This document shows, one piece after another, positions 32,501 to 43,264 of a DNA stretch of 64,000 nucleotides. Every line of letters starts with the position of its first letter. The stretch's first letter is position 1. The stretch is from Actinomycetota bacterium (GTDB taxonomy: Bacteria; Actinomycetota; Actinomycetes; Nanopelagicales; Nanopelagicaceae). The notes under the pieces are model-generated. The model made no database searches, was not told where the DNA came from, and worked only from the letters and a program-made list of their open reading frames with translations. The stretch spans positions 54,558 through 118,557 of the forward strand of contig WLIT01000002.1 of NCBI GenBank assembly GCA_009726125.1, written 5' to 3'. The position numbers and the translations under genes are program-made.

Positions 32501-33571
32501 TTAGCGACCTTTGCGTTTAGGTTGATTACGAGGACCTCTAGCCCACGAAACCTTAGTTTCAGAGCCAGAGTTAGATCCGTTTAGTCCACCTTTTGCTTCA
32601 AGAGTTACTGCTCCAGGTGCATGTTGAGCGACCCGTTTAGTTAGCGCGCGCATGGCAGGTTCACGTTCTCTGAGTTGAGCCAAAATTGGAGTAGCAATGA
32701 AAATTGAAGAATATGTACCTGTGGCAAGACCTACAAATAGTGCAAGTGATAAATCTTTAAGAGTTCCAGCGCCTAGCAGACCTGCTCCTACGAAAAGAAT
32801 TGAAGCAACTGGGAGAAGCGCGATAAGTGAGGTATTGAAAGAACGGACTAGCGTCTGGTTAACCGCTAGATTTGCAGCGGCAGAGTAAGTGATCTTGCCG
32901 GTGCTAGTGATAGATCTGGTATTTTCACGGACTTTATCGAATACAACAACTGTGTCATAAAGCGAATAGCCCAGAATTGTAAGGAAACCAATCACGGTTG
33001 CCGGCGTTACATCAAAACCAACAAGAGCATAAATTCCAACAGTGATGAAAACGTCGTGGATAGTTGCAATGATTGCGGCCAGTGCCATCTTTGATTCAAA
33101 GGCCACAGTCAGGAAGACCATTACTACAAGAATGAATCCAATCAATCCGTACAACGCTTTCTTCGTGATTTCCTTACCCCAAGATGGCCCAATAATTTGG
33201 GTATCTATATCGTCAACATTCACACCAAATGTTTGAGCAAGCGAAGATTTAACTGCGGCAAATGAATCTAGAGCGCCGGTTTGGATGCGCAAGCGATTAT
33301 TTCCAACCTTTTGAACAACAGTTTCACCAGTTACTCCGGCTGCAGCAATTGCAGCGCGACCATCTTCAACTGTAGCTCCAGCTTTACTAATTGAAAATTC
33401 AGACCCGCCCTTAAATTCGATTCCCAAATGCAAGCCTTGAGTTCCAAGAGTGATTGCCGAAATGATAATAATTATCCCCGAGAAGGCGTACCAACGACGT
33501 CGCTTGCCAATGAAGTCAATTGATGTTTCACCACGATACAACCGTCCGCCAATGCCTGAAAGTGAACTCAT
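32501..33571 (-). CDS. secF: Protein translocase subunit SecF
   Basis: 356 aa polytopic membrane protein with the SecF signature FKGGSEF and a C-terminal basic tail. Confidence 0.95.
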   Translation of the reverse strand: MSSLSGIGGRLYRGETSIDFIGKRRRWYAFSGIIIIISAITLGTQGLHLGIEFKGGSEFSISKAGATVEDGRAAIAAAGVTGETVVQKVGNNRLRIQTGALDSFAAVKSSLAQTFGVNVDDIDTQIIGPSWGKEITKKALYGLIGFILVVMVFLTVAFESKMALAAIIATIHDVFITVGIYALVGFDVTPATVIGFLTILGYSLYDTVVVFDKVRENTRSITSTGKITYSAAANLAVNQTLVRSFNTSLIALLPVASILFVGAGLLGAGTLKDLSLALFVGLATGTYSSIFIATPILAQLREREPAMRALTKRVAQHAPGAVTLEAKGGLNGSNSGSETKVSWARGPRNQPKRKGR

Positions 33572-33575
33572 ATTA

Positions 33576-35141
33576 TTAACCCTTCAACTCTGCTGAACCA
33601 TCGGTTTTGATCTTCATGCCTAAACTCTTGGCTGAGAATCCTGACCACTTGCGACCACTAGCAAAGAATGAAGTTCTTGCAAGAAGTGCGACGAGCGGAT
33701 GGGTGAAGACGAATACAACAAGAAGATCGATGAGTGTTGTTAGCCCAAGTGTGAACGCAAATCCGCGAACTCCGCCAACAGCGAAGAAGTAGAGAAGCAC
33801 TGCAGCAATCATCGAAACCGTATCAGCGATAATAATTGTATGTCGAGCCTTCACCCAGCCACTTTCAACAGCAGATCGAAGTGAACGACCTTCGCGAACT
33901 TCATCACGCAAACGCTCAAAGAACACAACGAAAGAGTCAGCTGTAATTCCAACAGCCACGATTGCACCAGCGATCCCGGCCAGAGTCAGAGTAAATCCGA
34001 TCCATTCACCGAGTAGCAAGAATGAGAGATAAGCGATCGCTGCAGCAATCATTAATGAGGCGACAGTGACAATTCCTAACCCCTTGTAATACATAAATGA
34101 GTAAAGGAAGACAAGCAAGAACCCAAGTAGACCAGCTAGCAAACCCGCGTGGAGTTGATCAGCGCCAAGGGTAGGTGAAACTTGTAGCACTTCACCTTGA
34201 TCAAACGCTAAAGGCAGCGCGCCATACTTCAACACATTAGCCAAGTTTGAAGCTTCTTCTTGGCTAAAGCTTCCAGTGATTTGGGCGCTTCCACCATTGA
34301 TCGCTTCATTGATTCGCGGAGCTGACACAACCAATCCATCTAGAACAATAGCTACTTGATTCTGTGGCGCCGCTAAAGTCGTGACCGAAGTTGTGAGGGC
34401 ACCAAACTTTTTTGTTCCCTCACCATTGAACGAGAGAAGTACATACCAACCTGCAGCACCCTGTTGATCTATTGCGGCGCTGGCCTTTGAAACCATGCTA
34501 CCTACTACTTGTGCGGGCGCCAGAATATATTTTTGAGTCCCAGCGCGGTCGCAACCTACTACTGCAATATCAGGGGACTCGGTTGATCCACCTTGCAAGC
34601 TCTCTTTTTTCGTGCAATCGAGCGCTGCATACTTTGCATTCAATTCTGCATTTACACCCGATGGAAGCGTTGCGCTTTTAGCATCAGCTGCTGCTGTAGT
34701 TGCGCTTGGAGCGCCTTCAACTAAAACTTGGCGGAAGCGAAGTTCAGCGGTTTGCCCAACTAGTTGCACAATTTTTTCACCAGTTTGTCCTGGTACTGAA
34801 ATAACTATTTGACGATTTGTTCCTGAACCTTGAGCTGCAACTTCACTCTCGGCAACACCAAGTGAGTTAACGCGTTGTCGGATGATTGCAACGGCTTGAT
34901 CGATGGCCTCGGTTGTGACTTTTGTTCCTTCACTCGCACGTGGAGTAAGGGTGACGCTCGTACCGCCACGAAGATCAAGTCCTAATTTAATTTTAGTCGC
35001 GCCTTGAATTACGGCAACGGCGCTAAAGACAATTAAACCAATCGCAAGGATTGCTATCGACTTAATTGATTTAGCTGATTTAGCTGAACTCTTTACAGCC
35101 TTCGGACTCTGGGAATTATTAAGGGCAGACATGAGACGCAA
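33576..35141 (-). CDS. secD: Protein translocase subunit SecD
   Basis: 521 aa with LGLDLRGGT and a large periplasmic domain followed by 5 C-terminal TM segments. Confidence 0.95.
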   Translation of the reverse strand: MRLMSALNNSQSPKAVKSSAKSAKSIKSIAILAIGLIVFSAVAVIQGATKIKLGLDLRGGTSVTLTPRASEGTKVTTEAIDQAVAIIRQRVNSLGVAESEVAAQGSGTNRQIVISVPGQTGEKIVQLVGQTAELRFRQVLVEGAPSATTAAADAKSATLPSGVNAELNAKYAALDCTKKESLQGGSTESPDIAVVGCDRAGTQKYILAPAQVVGSMVSKASAAIDQQGAAGWYVLLSFNGEGTKKFGALTTSVTTLAAPQNQVAIVLDGLVVSAPRINEAINGGSAQITGSFSQEEASNLANVLKYGALPLAFDQGEVLQVSPTLGADQLHAGLLAGLLGFLLVFLYSFMYYKGLGIVTVASLMIAAAIAYLSFLLLGEWIGFTLTLAGIAGAIVAVGITADSFVVFFERLRDEVREGRSLRSAVESGWVKARHTIIIADTVSMIAAVLLYFFAVGGVRGFAFTLGLTTLIDLLVVFVFTHPLVALLARTSFFASGRKWSGFSAKSLGMKIKTDGSAELKG

Positions 35142-35143
35142 GT

Positions 35144-36208
35144 CTAGGCATCTGAGGCTGGTGTGTCGAAAAGGCCGATCTGATTTTGAACGAGATTTGG
35201 CGCACCTATTGGGGCTTTCATGCCTAAATGCTCAAATCCTGCAGGTGTAGCAACTCTCCCACGCGGGGTTCGCGAGATAAAACCCATGCGAACTAAGAAT
35301 GGTTCAGCTAGCGATTCGATTGTTTCTGACTCTTCGCCAATTGCCATCGCCAAAGTCGAAATACCTACGGGTCCCCCGTTGAATCTCTTTACTAGGGCTT
35401 CTAGCACTCCTAAATCTAGGCGATCCAATCCAATTGCATCTACTTCATACATCGCAAGGGCCGCTTTCGCTTCTTTAGCGCCAACTTTTCCATCCGAATG
35501 AACTTGCGCATAATCTCTAACGCGCCGCAATAATCTATTTGCAACTCTAGGGGTTCCACGAGAGCGGGAACCAAGTTCCTCGATTGCTGCTTTATCAATC
35601 TCGATTCCCATTAAATCTGCGCTTCGTTTGACGATGATCGAAATTTCTGAATCTTCATAAAAATCTAATTGCGCAGTAAATCCAAAGCGATCTCGCAGTG
35701 GACTTGGGAGAAGTCCGGCGCGAGTTGTAGCACCAACTAGTGTGAAGTGTGGCAGTTCCAATGGAATTGCTGTTGCGCCTGCGCCCTTTCCTACAATGAC
35801 ATCAACTCTAAAATCTTCCATCGCCAAATATAAAAGCTCTTCTGCGGGGCGAGACATCCGATGGATTTCATCTAGAAAAAGGATTTCACCCTCAACAAGT
35901 GAAGAGAGAATTGATGCTAAATCTCCTGCATGTTGAATCGCCGGTCCACTAGTAATTCGAAGTGGTGCATTCATCTCGGATGCAATAATCATTGCAAGAG
36001 TGGTCTTGCCTAAACCGGGAGGACCAGAAAGCAATACGTGATCTGCCGGAGCGTTCCGATTTCGAGCAGCTGACAATAAGAGATCGAGTTGATCTGCAAC
36101 GCGCTTTTGTCCTACAAACTCCCCCAAAGTTTTTGGGCGAAGCGCTAACTCTTGAGATCTCTCAAAATCATCCGAATTCGAATCAATTACTCTCAACTCA
36201 TCGCTCAC
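35144..36208 (-). CDS. ruvB: Holliday junction branch migration helicase RuvB
   Basis: 354 aa with Walker [10 protein letters not shown] and Walker B LFLDEIH, followed by GATTRAG. It starts at GTG. Confidence 0.97.
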   Translation of the reverse strand: MSDELRVIDSNSDDFERSQELALRPKTLGEFVGQKRVADQLDLLLSAARNRNAPADHVLLSGPPGLGKTTLAMIIASEMNAPLRITSGPAIQHAGDLASILSSLVEGEILFLDEIHRMSRPAEELLYLAMEDFRVDVIVGKGAGATAIPLELPHFTLVGATTRAGLLPSPLRDRFGFTAQLDFYEDSEISIIVKRSADLMGIEIDKAAIEELGSRSRGTPRVANRLLRRVRDYAQVHSDGKVGAKEAKAALAMYEVDAIGLDRLDLGVLEALVKRFNGGPVGISTLAMAIGEESETIESLAEPFLVRMGFISRTPRGRVATPAGFEHLGMKAPIGAPNLVQNQIGLFDTPASDA

Positions 36209-36210
36209 TA

Positions 36211-36813
36211 TTAACCACGTCCCCGGTTTTGTAGCGCCAATTTAAGAAGCTGGGAGATATCGGTTTCATCAATTTTCGCTCCGAGATCGCTAGCAACGCT
36301 ATCTATCGTTGCTTCGGCATCTCGCGCGGTAAATCCAAGACCAATCAATGCACTCTGCAATTGAGTTCGCCAATGTGACTTCGCGGTGTTTGCAACCTTT
36401 GCTGAAAGCGTTAAATCATTGACCTTATCTTTAAGTTCAAGAACTGCCCGTTGCGCGCCTTTCTTACCCAAGCCAGGAATTCGCTCAAGGGCCGAAGAAT
36501 TTTCGCTAGCAATTGCACTAGCTATTTCTTCCGGCTCATAAATTGATAGCGCGGATTGAGCAACTTTGGGACCGATCCCACTTACTGTTTGCAGTAATTC
36601 AAAGAAATCTCGTGCACTTGCACGATCAAAACCAAAAAGCGTAAGTGAATCTTCTCGGACAACCAAGGTAGTAAAGAATTCGGCATGCGTTCCAACATTT
36701 AGTGACGCGGCATATCGAGCCGGTAGCGAGACTTGCAGGCCAACTCCTCCAACTTCAATAACAGCAGAATTCAGCGTTGTTGCTTTCACAACACCTGCAA
36801 CCGATGCAATCAT
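36211..36813 (-). CDS. ruvA: Holliday junction DNA-binding protein RuvA
   Basis: The ORF was trimmed to M27 (MIASVAGVV...), whose ATG overlaps the ruvC stop by 4 nt. It has HhH motifs (VSGIGPK, IPGLGKK). Confidence 0.93.
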   Translation of the reverse strand: MIASVAGVVKATTLNSAVIEVGGVGLQVSLPARYAASLNVGTHAEFFTTLVVREDSLTLFGFDRASARDFFELLQTVSGIGPKVAQSALSIYEPEEIASAIASENSSALERIPGLGKKGAQRAVLELKDKVNDLTLSAKVANTAKSHWRTQLQSALIGLGFTARDAEATIDSVASDLGAKIDETDISQLLKLALQNRGRG

Positions 36814-37349
36814 TTCTTGACCACTTTCTTTAGACGCGCCCGCTCTTTGGTTAGAGCTGCTTCTATTCGTGCATTTCCAGAACCTCGCCAATGATGACAG
36901 ATGGCTAAGGCAAGTGCATCGGTACTATCAACGGGTTTTGGGATTTCTTTTAGGGAAAGCAATTTTTGAACCATCAGAGCAACTTGCTTCTTATCTGCCC
37001 GACCAGATCCTGTCACCGCTGCCTTCACTTCAGTTGGAGTATGCATTGCAACTGGTATGCCAAATCTGGCCGCAATTAACAGCGCAACACCAGCCGCCTG
37101 ACCAGTGGACATTGCGGTACGAATATTTAATTGGGAGAAAACCCGTTCGACCGCAATTACATCTGGCTTGAATTCATTAATCCAAACTATCAATTCAGTT
37201 TCAAGTGCGAGCAATCTCTGGGAGAGTTCGAGATCGCTAGATGTCTGAATGACCCCAACACCAACCATTACTAATTTCTGAGCAGTTCCATTTTCAACAA
37301 TTCCGAGACCGCATCTTGTTAAACCTGGATCGACCCCAAGAACGCGCAT
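36810..37349 (-). CDS. ruvC: Crossover junction endodeoxyribonuclease RuvC
   Basis: The ORF was trimmed to M22, giving the canonical [14 protein letters not shown] start. A C-terminal DALALAICH is present. Confidence 0.93.
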   Translation of the reverse strand: MRVLGVDPGLTRCGLGIVENGTAQKLVMVGVGVIQTSSDLELSQRLLALETELIVWINEFKPDVIAVERVFSQLNIRTAMSTGQAAGVALLIAARFGIPVAMHTPTEVKAAVTGSGRADKKQVALMVQKLLSLKEIPKPVDSTDALALAICHHWRGSGNARIEAALTKERARLKKVVKK

Positions 37350-37350
37350 G

Positions 37351-38100
37351 TTAAAGAGTAGCCATAACCTCATCAGATACATCGAAGTTACCAAAGACGT
37401 TCTGTACGTCATCTAGCTCTTCGATCGCATCAATCAGTGCAAAAACTTTAGTGGCACCTTCCGCATCAAGAGGAACTGAAACTGATGGCAAGAATGAGGT
37501 GTCAGCAGATTCGTAATCTATCCCCGCACTTTGAAGCGCCGTTCTAACTGCAACCAAATCACTAGGTTCACTAACAATTTCAAATGACTCACCGAGATCA
37601 CTTACATCTTCCGCACCAGCATCTAGAACATGTTCAAGGATTTTATCTTCGGTTATTCCGTCAACTTTTGAGACGATAATGACACCTTTGCGGTTGAACA
37701 TATATGAGACAGATCCTGGATCGGCCATGTTTCCACCATTGCGAGTCACTGCAACACGGACTTCAGATGCTGCACGGTTACGGTTATCAGATAAGCACTC
37801 GATTAAAAGCGCTACGCCATTTGGCCCATATCCTTCATACATAATTGTCTGCCAGTCAGCGCCACCAGATTCCAGACCAGCACCACGTTTAACAGCACGA
37901 TCAATATTGTCAGCAGGCATCGAGTTTTTCTTAGCCTTAGCGATTGCATCAAATAGAGTTGGATTTCCAGAAATATCAGCTCCACCATTTCGTGCCGCAA
38001 CTTCAATACCCTTAATTAACTTTGCAAAATTCTTTGCACGACGCGAATCAATGACCGCCTTCTTGTGCTTGGTCGTTGCCCATTTGGAATGGCCTGACAC
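37351..38100 (-). CDS. yebC: YebC/PmpR family DNA-binding transcriptional regulator
   Basis: 249 aa beginning [23 protein letters not shown]. Confidence 0.95.
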   Translation of the reverse strand: MSGHSKWATTKHKKAVIDSRRAKNFAKLIKGIEVAARNGGADISGNPTLFDAIAKAKKNSMPADNIDRAVKRGAGLESGGADWQTIMYEGYGPNGVALLIECLSDNRNRAASEVRVAVTRNGGNMADPGSVSYMFNRKGVIIVSKVDGITEDKILEHVLDAGAEDVSDLGESFEIVSEPSDLVAVRTALQSAGIDYESADTSFLPSVSVPLDAEGATKVFALIDAIEELDDVQNVFGNFDVSDEVMATL

Positions 38101-38152
38101 GATGAAACCCCCTATAAATCCCGTTAAAACTCTGGGCGTACTTTATCTTGAA

Positions 38153-38743
38153 TTACTTATTACAAACCTCTTCTAGGAAATACCGATGCACCTGATTATC
38201 TCCCGTTAATTCTGGGTGAAAAGCTGTGGCCAATACTCGCCCCTCCTGCACGGCTACCGGATGGCTCTTGCCATCAACTTCAAGGCTTCCAAGTATGTCA
38301 ACACCAGAACCATAATTTTCAACCCAGGGTGAACGTATGAATACCCCGCGAATTGGTGCACCCGAAATTCCAGTGAGCTCCAGATCAACCTCAAAGGATT
38401 CTGTCTGTCGACCAAATGCATTACGTCGAACCTGCATATCGATTCCACCGAATGTTTCCTGACCCGACGCTGGATCAAGTATCGATTTCGCTACCAGAAT
38501 CATTCCGGCACAAGAGCCATATGTCGGCATCCCGTCTGCAATTCGCTTGGAGATGAGATCAAAAAGACCAAAAGATTTTGCTAATTTACTGATAGTCGTA
38601 GATTCGCCACCCGGAATAATTAAGGCGTCAATCTCTGAAACTTCCGAAGAGGTTTTAACTAATTTCCCCGTTACGCCACATTCACCAAGAGCCGAAAGAT
38701 GTTCGCGGAAATCACCTTGGAGCGCTAATACTCCAACCTTCAT
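38153..38743 (-). CDS. pdxT: Pyridoxal 5'-phosphate synthase glutaminase subunit PdxT
   Basis: 196 aa with VGVLALQGDF, GTCAG-like SCAGMIL and FHPE. Confidence 0.95.
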   Translation of the reverse strand: MKVGVLALQGDFREHLSALGECGVTGKLVKTSSEVSEIDALIIPGGESTTISKLAKSFGLFDLISKRIADGMPTYGSCAGMILVAKSILDPASGQETFGGIDMQVRRNAFGRQTESFEVDLELTGISGAPIRGVFIRSPWVENYGSGVDILGSLEVDGKSHPVAVQEGRVLATAFHPELTGDNQVHRYFLEEVCNK

Positions 38744-38745
38744 TC

Positions 38746-39648
38746 TTACCAGCCCCGCTCGGCCAATCGATGAGGAACAGGAATATCTGCGACGTTAATT
38801 CCAACCATCGCTTCGCCAAGTCCGCGAGACGCATCAGCAACAACCTTTGCATCCGTGAAATAAGTAGTTGCTTTAACACAAGCTGCTGCGCGCTTTGCGG
38901 CATCTCCAGATTTGAAAATTCCTGAACCAATAAATACGCCATCAGCACCGAGTTGCATCATCATTGCGGCATCCGCAGGGGTTGCAATTCCACCAGCAGT
39001 GAAAAGAACTACTGGAAGTTTTCCAGTTTCGGCAACTTCTTTTACCAAAGCATAAGGTGCTTGAAGTTCTTTCGCTGCAACATAAAGTTCATCTTCACGC
39101 ATCGAAGTTAAGCGACGAATCTCGCCACCAATCTTGCGCATATGTGTTGTTGCATTTGAAACATCGCCAGTTCCCGCTTCGCCTTTCGAGCGGATCATCG
39201 CGGCGCCTTCGCTAATACGACGGAGCGCTTCGCCAAGATTTGTTGCGCCACAGACAAAAGGAATTGTGAAATTCCACTTATTAATATGGTGTTCGTAATC
39301 TGCTGGCGTTAAAACTTCAGATTCATCAATGTAATCAACGTTTAAGGTTTGCAAGATTTGTGCTTCTGCAAAGTGGCCAATTCGTACTTTAGCCATTACC
39401 GGAATCGATACTGCGGCTTGAATCTTTTCGATCATATCTGGATCGGACATTCGGGAGACGCCACCTTGCGCCCGAATATCTGCAGGCACACGTTCAAGTG
39501 CCATTACTGCAACAGCTCCGGCATCTTCTGCGATCTTCGCTTGTTCAACATTTACAACGTCCATGATGACGCCGCCCTTAAGCATTTCAGCCATGCCACG
39601 TTTAACTCTCGCGCCGCCTACTTCTGTTTCATTCGCCTTGGACATCAT
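38746..39648 (-). CDS. pdxS: Pyridoxal 5'-phosphate synthase lyase subunit PdxS
   Basis: 300 aa with [20 protein letters not shown] and GEAGTG. Confidence 0.97.
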   Translation of the reverse strand: MMSKANETEVGGARVKRGMAEMLKGGVIMDVVNVEQAKIAEDAGAVAVMALERVPADIRAQGGVSRMSDPDMIEKIQAAVSIPVMAKVRIGHFAEAQILQTLNVDYIDESEVLTPADYEHHINKWNFTIPFVCGATNLGEALRRISEGAAMIRSKGEAGTGDVSNATTHMRKIGGEIRRLTSMREDELYVAAKELQAPYALVKEVAETGKLPVVLFTAGGIATPADAAMMMQLGADGVFIGSGIFKSGDAAKRAAACVKATTYFTDAKVVADASRGLGEAMVGINVADIPVPHRLAERGW

Positions 39649-39699
39649 CTGCTCCTATAACTAATCTCTTGAAAATCCCTCAACCGTAAGGAGAGGAGT

Positions 39700-40719
39700 C
39701 TACTTTGACTTTGCTGGGCTCGCACTAGGAACTGGTGCTGGGTAAGTGAAGGTTGGTTCATTATCGGTAAGTGCGATCCAGACTTGGCCATCAGCAAAAT
39801 TAGCCATTTGGCCATCAGAAAGCGTCCAGATTGTTCCGACCTCAGCACTTGGTCTCTGCCAATTGATTGCGACTACTTTGCCATCACGAAGCAAATACCC
39901 AGTTCCAGAACCAACGGTATTGCTAATTGGTGTGATGCCACCCACTTTATCTTTATAAATCGAGTTCGTAATAGCAACCTTTTGAATCACAAAATTTGGG
40001 GATCCAAGTTGGCGGCCCACCGAATCAAGATTTGGTACACCGTTAAAAGAAAGTAGCCAACGCTTCTCTGCTTTTGACCAAGTAGCGCTGTATTTAGCGG
40101 CCGGCCATGTGATTGCAACACTTGAAATTTTCTTGGCTAACTTGGAAGCATTTCCAAATTGCCAGCCTACTGATTTAACGATGTCAATTTTCTTGCCTTC
40201 TACTTCAATTGTTTTCTTTAATAGTGCGGCTGCGTCGACCATCATGTTTGTTGGGGAAAATCTCTTAGTGTCAGTCTGATAGATAGATGGTGGATTTCGC
40301 TCCGCACTCATGTTCTCTAAATTTGCCGCTGCAAGAATCGGATGCATCTTGCTCTGTGCACCGCTATAAGCAAAACCAACGCGACCGTATTGCGCAAGAA
40401 TTTCAATGTCACTTATTCGTGCAGATCTAACTGGGCCAATTAGCGCAGGTACCTTGTCCGTAAATATTGCAGCCAATCTGGTTAATCCGCCTTCTACTTG
40501 TTCGATGTAAACCACATCTGCAGCTCCCAACCCGACTTGTGGATGGGCTGCAGTCGTATCATCAATCTTCACTGCAAGGAGCGGACCATTCTCTCCAGGA
40601 AGGTTAGTGAGAATATTCTTCTCAAGGCTTTTACCTGAATTTTTCTTCATAATGCTTGAAGGTGAAGCACAGGAACTCAGAATTATCAAAATCGATATGG
40701 CCGCTAACAGTTTCTTCAT
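39700..40719 (-). CDS. DUF3048-domain lipoprotein
   Basis: 339 aa with the lipobox ILSSCAS and the DUF3048-like core DDTTAAHPQVGLGAADVVYIEQVEGGLTRLAAIF..GPVRSAR. Confidence 0.78.
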   Translation of the reverse strand: MKKLLAAISILIILSSCASPSSIMKKNSGKSLEKNILTNLPGENGPLLAVKIDDTTAAHPQVGLGAADVVYIEQVEGGLTRLAAIFTDKVPALIGPVRSARISDIEILAQYGRVGFAYSGAQSKMHPILAAANLENMSAERNPPSIYQTDTKRFSPTNMMVDAAALLKKTIEVEGKKIDIVKSVGWQFGNASKLAKKISSVAITWPAAKYSATWSKAEKRWLLSFNGVPNLDSVGRQLGSPNFVIQKVAITNSIYKDKVGGITPISNTVGSGTGYLLRDGKVVAINWQRPSAEVGTIWTLSDGQMANFADGQVWIALTDNEPTFTYPAPVPSASPAKSK

Positions 40720-41222
40720 AAAATGTCATCCTCGAATGAATATCGCATTGGCAAGGGAGCATGTCCAGCTAATCGAAAAAATTTGAAGAGAACCTTATTA
40801 CGAAGAAATTGGGCGCTCTGAACTGCTTCCGTATGAATCGTGATTCCAACCGAAATTTTTTCAGTAATAGCCGCCAAAGCCGATAAGAGCTCTCCTTCAA
40901 TTCCACTAGGGAGAGACAATTCATCGCTTAGGAGTAACTTTAAACTCTGTGAGAGCGCAATCTCAGCATCGCTGCGCTCAACTATATTTGCCTCTCTCGC
41001 TTGATAAGCGGCAGCCGTCAAAACCAAACTAGTAGCGGCATCAACGTTCGGGGAATATGCAATCTCCAAGGCAATTGCGGCTCTTTTTTGAAGCAACACA
41101 TCTAGATGTGCCCATGACGTTTCAACCCGATGGTGAAGGGAATCGAGTCTCGAAGCTAAGAATGAGAGATACCAGGCTGCCAGTAGAAGAATAAATACCA
41201 GCGCAACAATAATTTTAACCAT
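40716..41222 (-). CDS. Single-pass membrane protein, weakly LemA-like
   Basis: 168 aa with an N-terminal TM segment. The segment RLDSLHHRVETSWAHLDVLLQKRAA resembles the LemA N-terminal helix. It overlaps both neighbours (8 nt and 4 nt). The functional call is weak. Confidence 0.4.
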   Translation of the reverse strand: MVKIIVALVFILLLAAWYLSFLASRLDSLHHRVETSWAHLDVLLQKRAAIALEIAYSPNVDAATSLVLTAAAYQAREANIVERSDAEIALSQSLKLLLSDELSLPSGIEGELLSALAAITEKISVGITIHTEAVQSAQFLRNKVLFKFFRLAGHAPLPMRYSFEDDIL

Positions 41223-42387
41223 TAGAGCGCAATCTATTCCAGAATCGGTTTTCTGAAGCGAGACTCACTTTAGAGTTCCCAACCAAAGCCATTTCATATA
41301 CAGACAAGACTTGTTCACCAACTGAATTCCAGTCATAGAATTTTGATTTTTCATAGCCGGCATCCGTAACATTTTTACGAACTGTTTCATCCCCCAATAG
41401 TTTCACCACAGCCGATGCAAGAGCGCTGGAATTTCCAGTAGCAAATAATTGCCCAGATTTTCCTTGATCTAAAAGGCTTTCGAAGGCCGGCAAGTCGCTT
41501 GCGATAATTGGTGTTCTAGATGCCATCGCTTCAGCCAAGATTATTCCAAAAGACTCACCACCTGTATTTGGGGCGATATATAACGAAATAGATTTGAAGA
41601 ACTGTGCCTTCTCTAACTCTGAAATCCGTCCAAGAAAAGTGATTCGGTCGCGAAGCTCTGGCGGAACTTGTTTTTGAAAATCTTGCACTTCACCTGGGCC
41701 CGCAACCAATACTCGCAAATTCGGAATTTGCGTAACAATTTCAGGAATCGCATCTAGCAGAACAGATAGACCTTTGCGCGGTTCATCAAACCGACCGATG
41801 AAACCAAGTGTGTTTGGTAAGGCCCATTCTGCACGGGTTCCAATGCCCTCGAATTTATTGGAATCAATGCCATTAGGAATAACAACTGCTTCAGTACTGA
41901 ATCGATCCTTAAGAGTTTCCCTTGCAATTTCACTTACCGCGATTTTTGCGGTGATCCGTTCAATCAATGGATCTAACATCGTGCCGATTGCATTAGCGAT
42001 CTTTTGAGAGTTTGTTGCCGCATGGAAGGTAGCGACCATAGGTCCATCGCCAGCCCATCCAGCTAATAAAGAGAGAGATGGGATTGCTGGCTCATGCAAA
42101 TGCAATAAATCGAAATCTCCACCTGCTATCCATTGCTTAACTCTTGATGATGCAAGTGGCCCGAAAATTACTTTCGCAATTGCACCGTTGTATGGGATAG
42201 AAATCGGCCGCCCCGCCGAAACTATCCAAGGTTCGATATCTCCATCTTCATCAGTTATTGGTGCAAGAACTGAAACTTCGTGACCTTTGGTGATTAGCCA
42301 TTCAGCAAGCTCTTTAATATGAATTTGAACGCCACCAGGGGTGTCCCATCCGTAAGGACAAACAATTCCAATTCGCAGCTTACGCAT
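41215..42387 (-). CDS. pimA: GT4 glycosyltransferase, phosphatidylinositol mannosyltransferase PimA-like
   Basis: The ORF was trimmed to M23 (MRKLRIGIVCPYGWDTPGGVQ). It has the GT-B E(x7)E region (GGESFGIILAEAMA). Synteny is pgsA-acyltransferase-pimA as in mycobacteria. Confidence 0.85.
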   Translation of the reverse strand: MRKLRIGIVCPYGWDTPGGVQIHIKELAEWLITKGHEVSVLAPITDEDGDIEPWIVSAGRPISIPYNGAIAKVIFGPLASSRVKQWIAGGDFDLLHLHEPAIPSLSLLAGWAGDGPMVATFHAATNSQKIANAIGTMLDPLIERITAKIAVSEIARETLKDRFSTEAVVIPNGIDSNKFEGIGTRAEWALPNTLGFIGRFDEPRKGLSVLLDAIPEIVTQIPNLRVLVAGPGEVQDFQKQVPPELRDRITFLGRISELEKAQFFKSISLYIAPNTGGESFGIILAEAMASRTPIIASDLPAFESLLDQGKSGQLFATGNSSALASAVVKLLGDETVRKNVTDAGYEKSKFYDWNSVGEQVLSVYEMALVGNSKVSLASENRFWNRLRSNG

Positions 42388-43264
42388 TTGAATCAACCCA
42401 AATACGTTGCAACATATGCCAATCCACTGTGTGCTCCGATATTTGTTTAGCAAAACGATCAGCCATGATTTGTGTCATTGCAGCTGCTTTCTCGTTCACA
42501 CTGCCCGACTCTGGAACTTCTATCGCGCCCTCAAAAATTATATGAATACCAGGTTTTTCATACTTAACATAAGCGGTTATCAAATCCGCCCCGGTTTGAA
42601 TAGCGAGTAGCGCTGGTCCCCCGGGCATCTGTGCGCCGTTACCGAAAAATTTAACCGGAATTCCATTCTTTGAAAGATCGCGATCCGCAACAAGGGCTAC
42701 CAATTTTCCTGAGCGCAACCTTTGCGCAAGGGTTGCGATACTTCTGGAATTTAAATCTAGAACTTCCATTCCAATCTTTGTCCGGTATTCAAGAAATTTG
42801 CGGAACAACTTCTCTGGTTTTACATGTTCCGCCACTGTCGTAAATTGAATTCCGGTCGCGCAGAAATACGCGCCTGCATGATCCCAATTCCCCGAATGAG
42901 GAAGCGCAACAATACAACCCCTCTTAGCGGCTATCGGTTCACGTAGGAAATCTTCATTAGTACAAGTAGTGCTAGAAATTAAACTCGCTTTGTCCCAACT
43001 TGGAAATCGAAAGGTGTCACACCAATAACGAAGATATGAACGCATTCCTGCACTAACTAAAAATTCCAATTGGTCTGGATCCAATTCGGGACGCACGCGT
43101 CGGTAATTTGAACGCAGCCGAACTATTCCCTTACCATTTCGACCATAGAGAAAATCGGCGACTCGATCAGCCAGACCATAGGCAGTCTTAGCCGGAAGTA
43201 AACGCACAATCTTCCAAGCAAAGTTATATCCAAAATAAATCAGCACATCATTCAACTTTTTCAA
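42380..43264 (-). CDS. Lauroyl/myristoyl (LpxL/HtrB-family) acyltransferase, PIM acyltransferase PatA-like
   Basis: It has the HSGNWD catalytic motif and a C-terminal DWHMLQ. The start is uncertain. TTG at 43264 overlaps the pgsA stop by 3 nt (shared TTGA), while the longest ORF starts at 43333. Confidence 0.85.
   Translation of the reverse strand: MKKLNDVLIYFGYNFAWKIVRLLPAKTAYGLADRVADFLYGRNGKGIVRLRSNYRRVRPELDPDQLEFLVSAGMRSYLRYWCDTFRFPSWDKASLISSTTCTNEDFLREPIAAKRGCIVALPHSGNWDHAGAYFCATGIQFTTVAEHVKPEKLFRKFLEYRTKIGMEVLDLNSRSIATLAQRLRSGKLVALVADRDLSKNGIPVKFFGNGAQMPGGPALLAIQTGADLITAYVKYEKPGIHIIFEGAIEVPESGSVNEKAAAMTQIMADRFAKQISEHTVDWHMLQRIWVDSNA

Noticed and set aside
35067-35084. A 9-bp tandem duplication (tgatttagc x2) near the 5' end of secD.
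   Set aside because: It is in frame and encodes AKSAKS in the Lys/Ser-rich cytoplasmic N-terminal tail. It has only two copies, so it is most likely a neutral duplication rather than a contingency locus.
37679-38176. A 165-aa plus-strand ORF.
   Set aside because: It is antisense to yebC, Pro/Ser/Arg-rich and has no motifs, so it is a shadow ORF.
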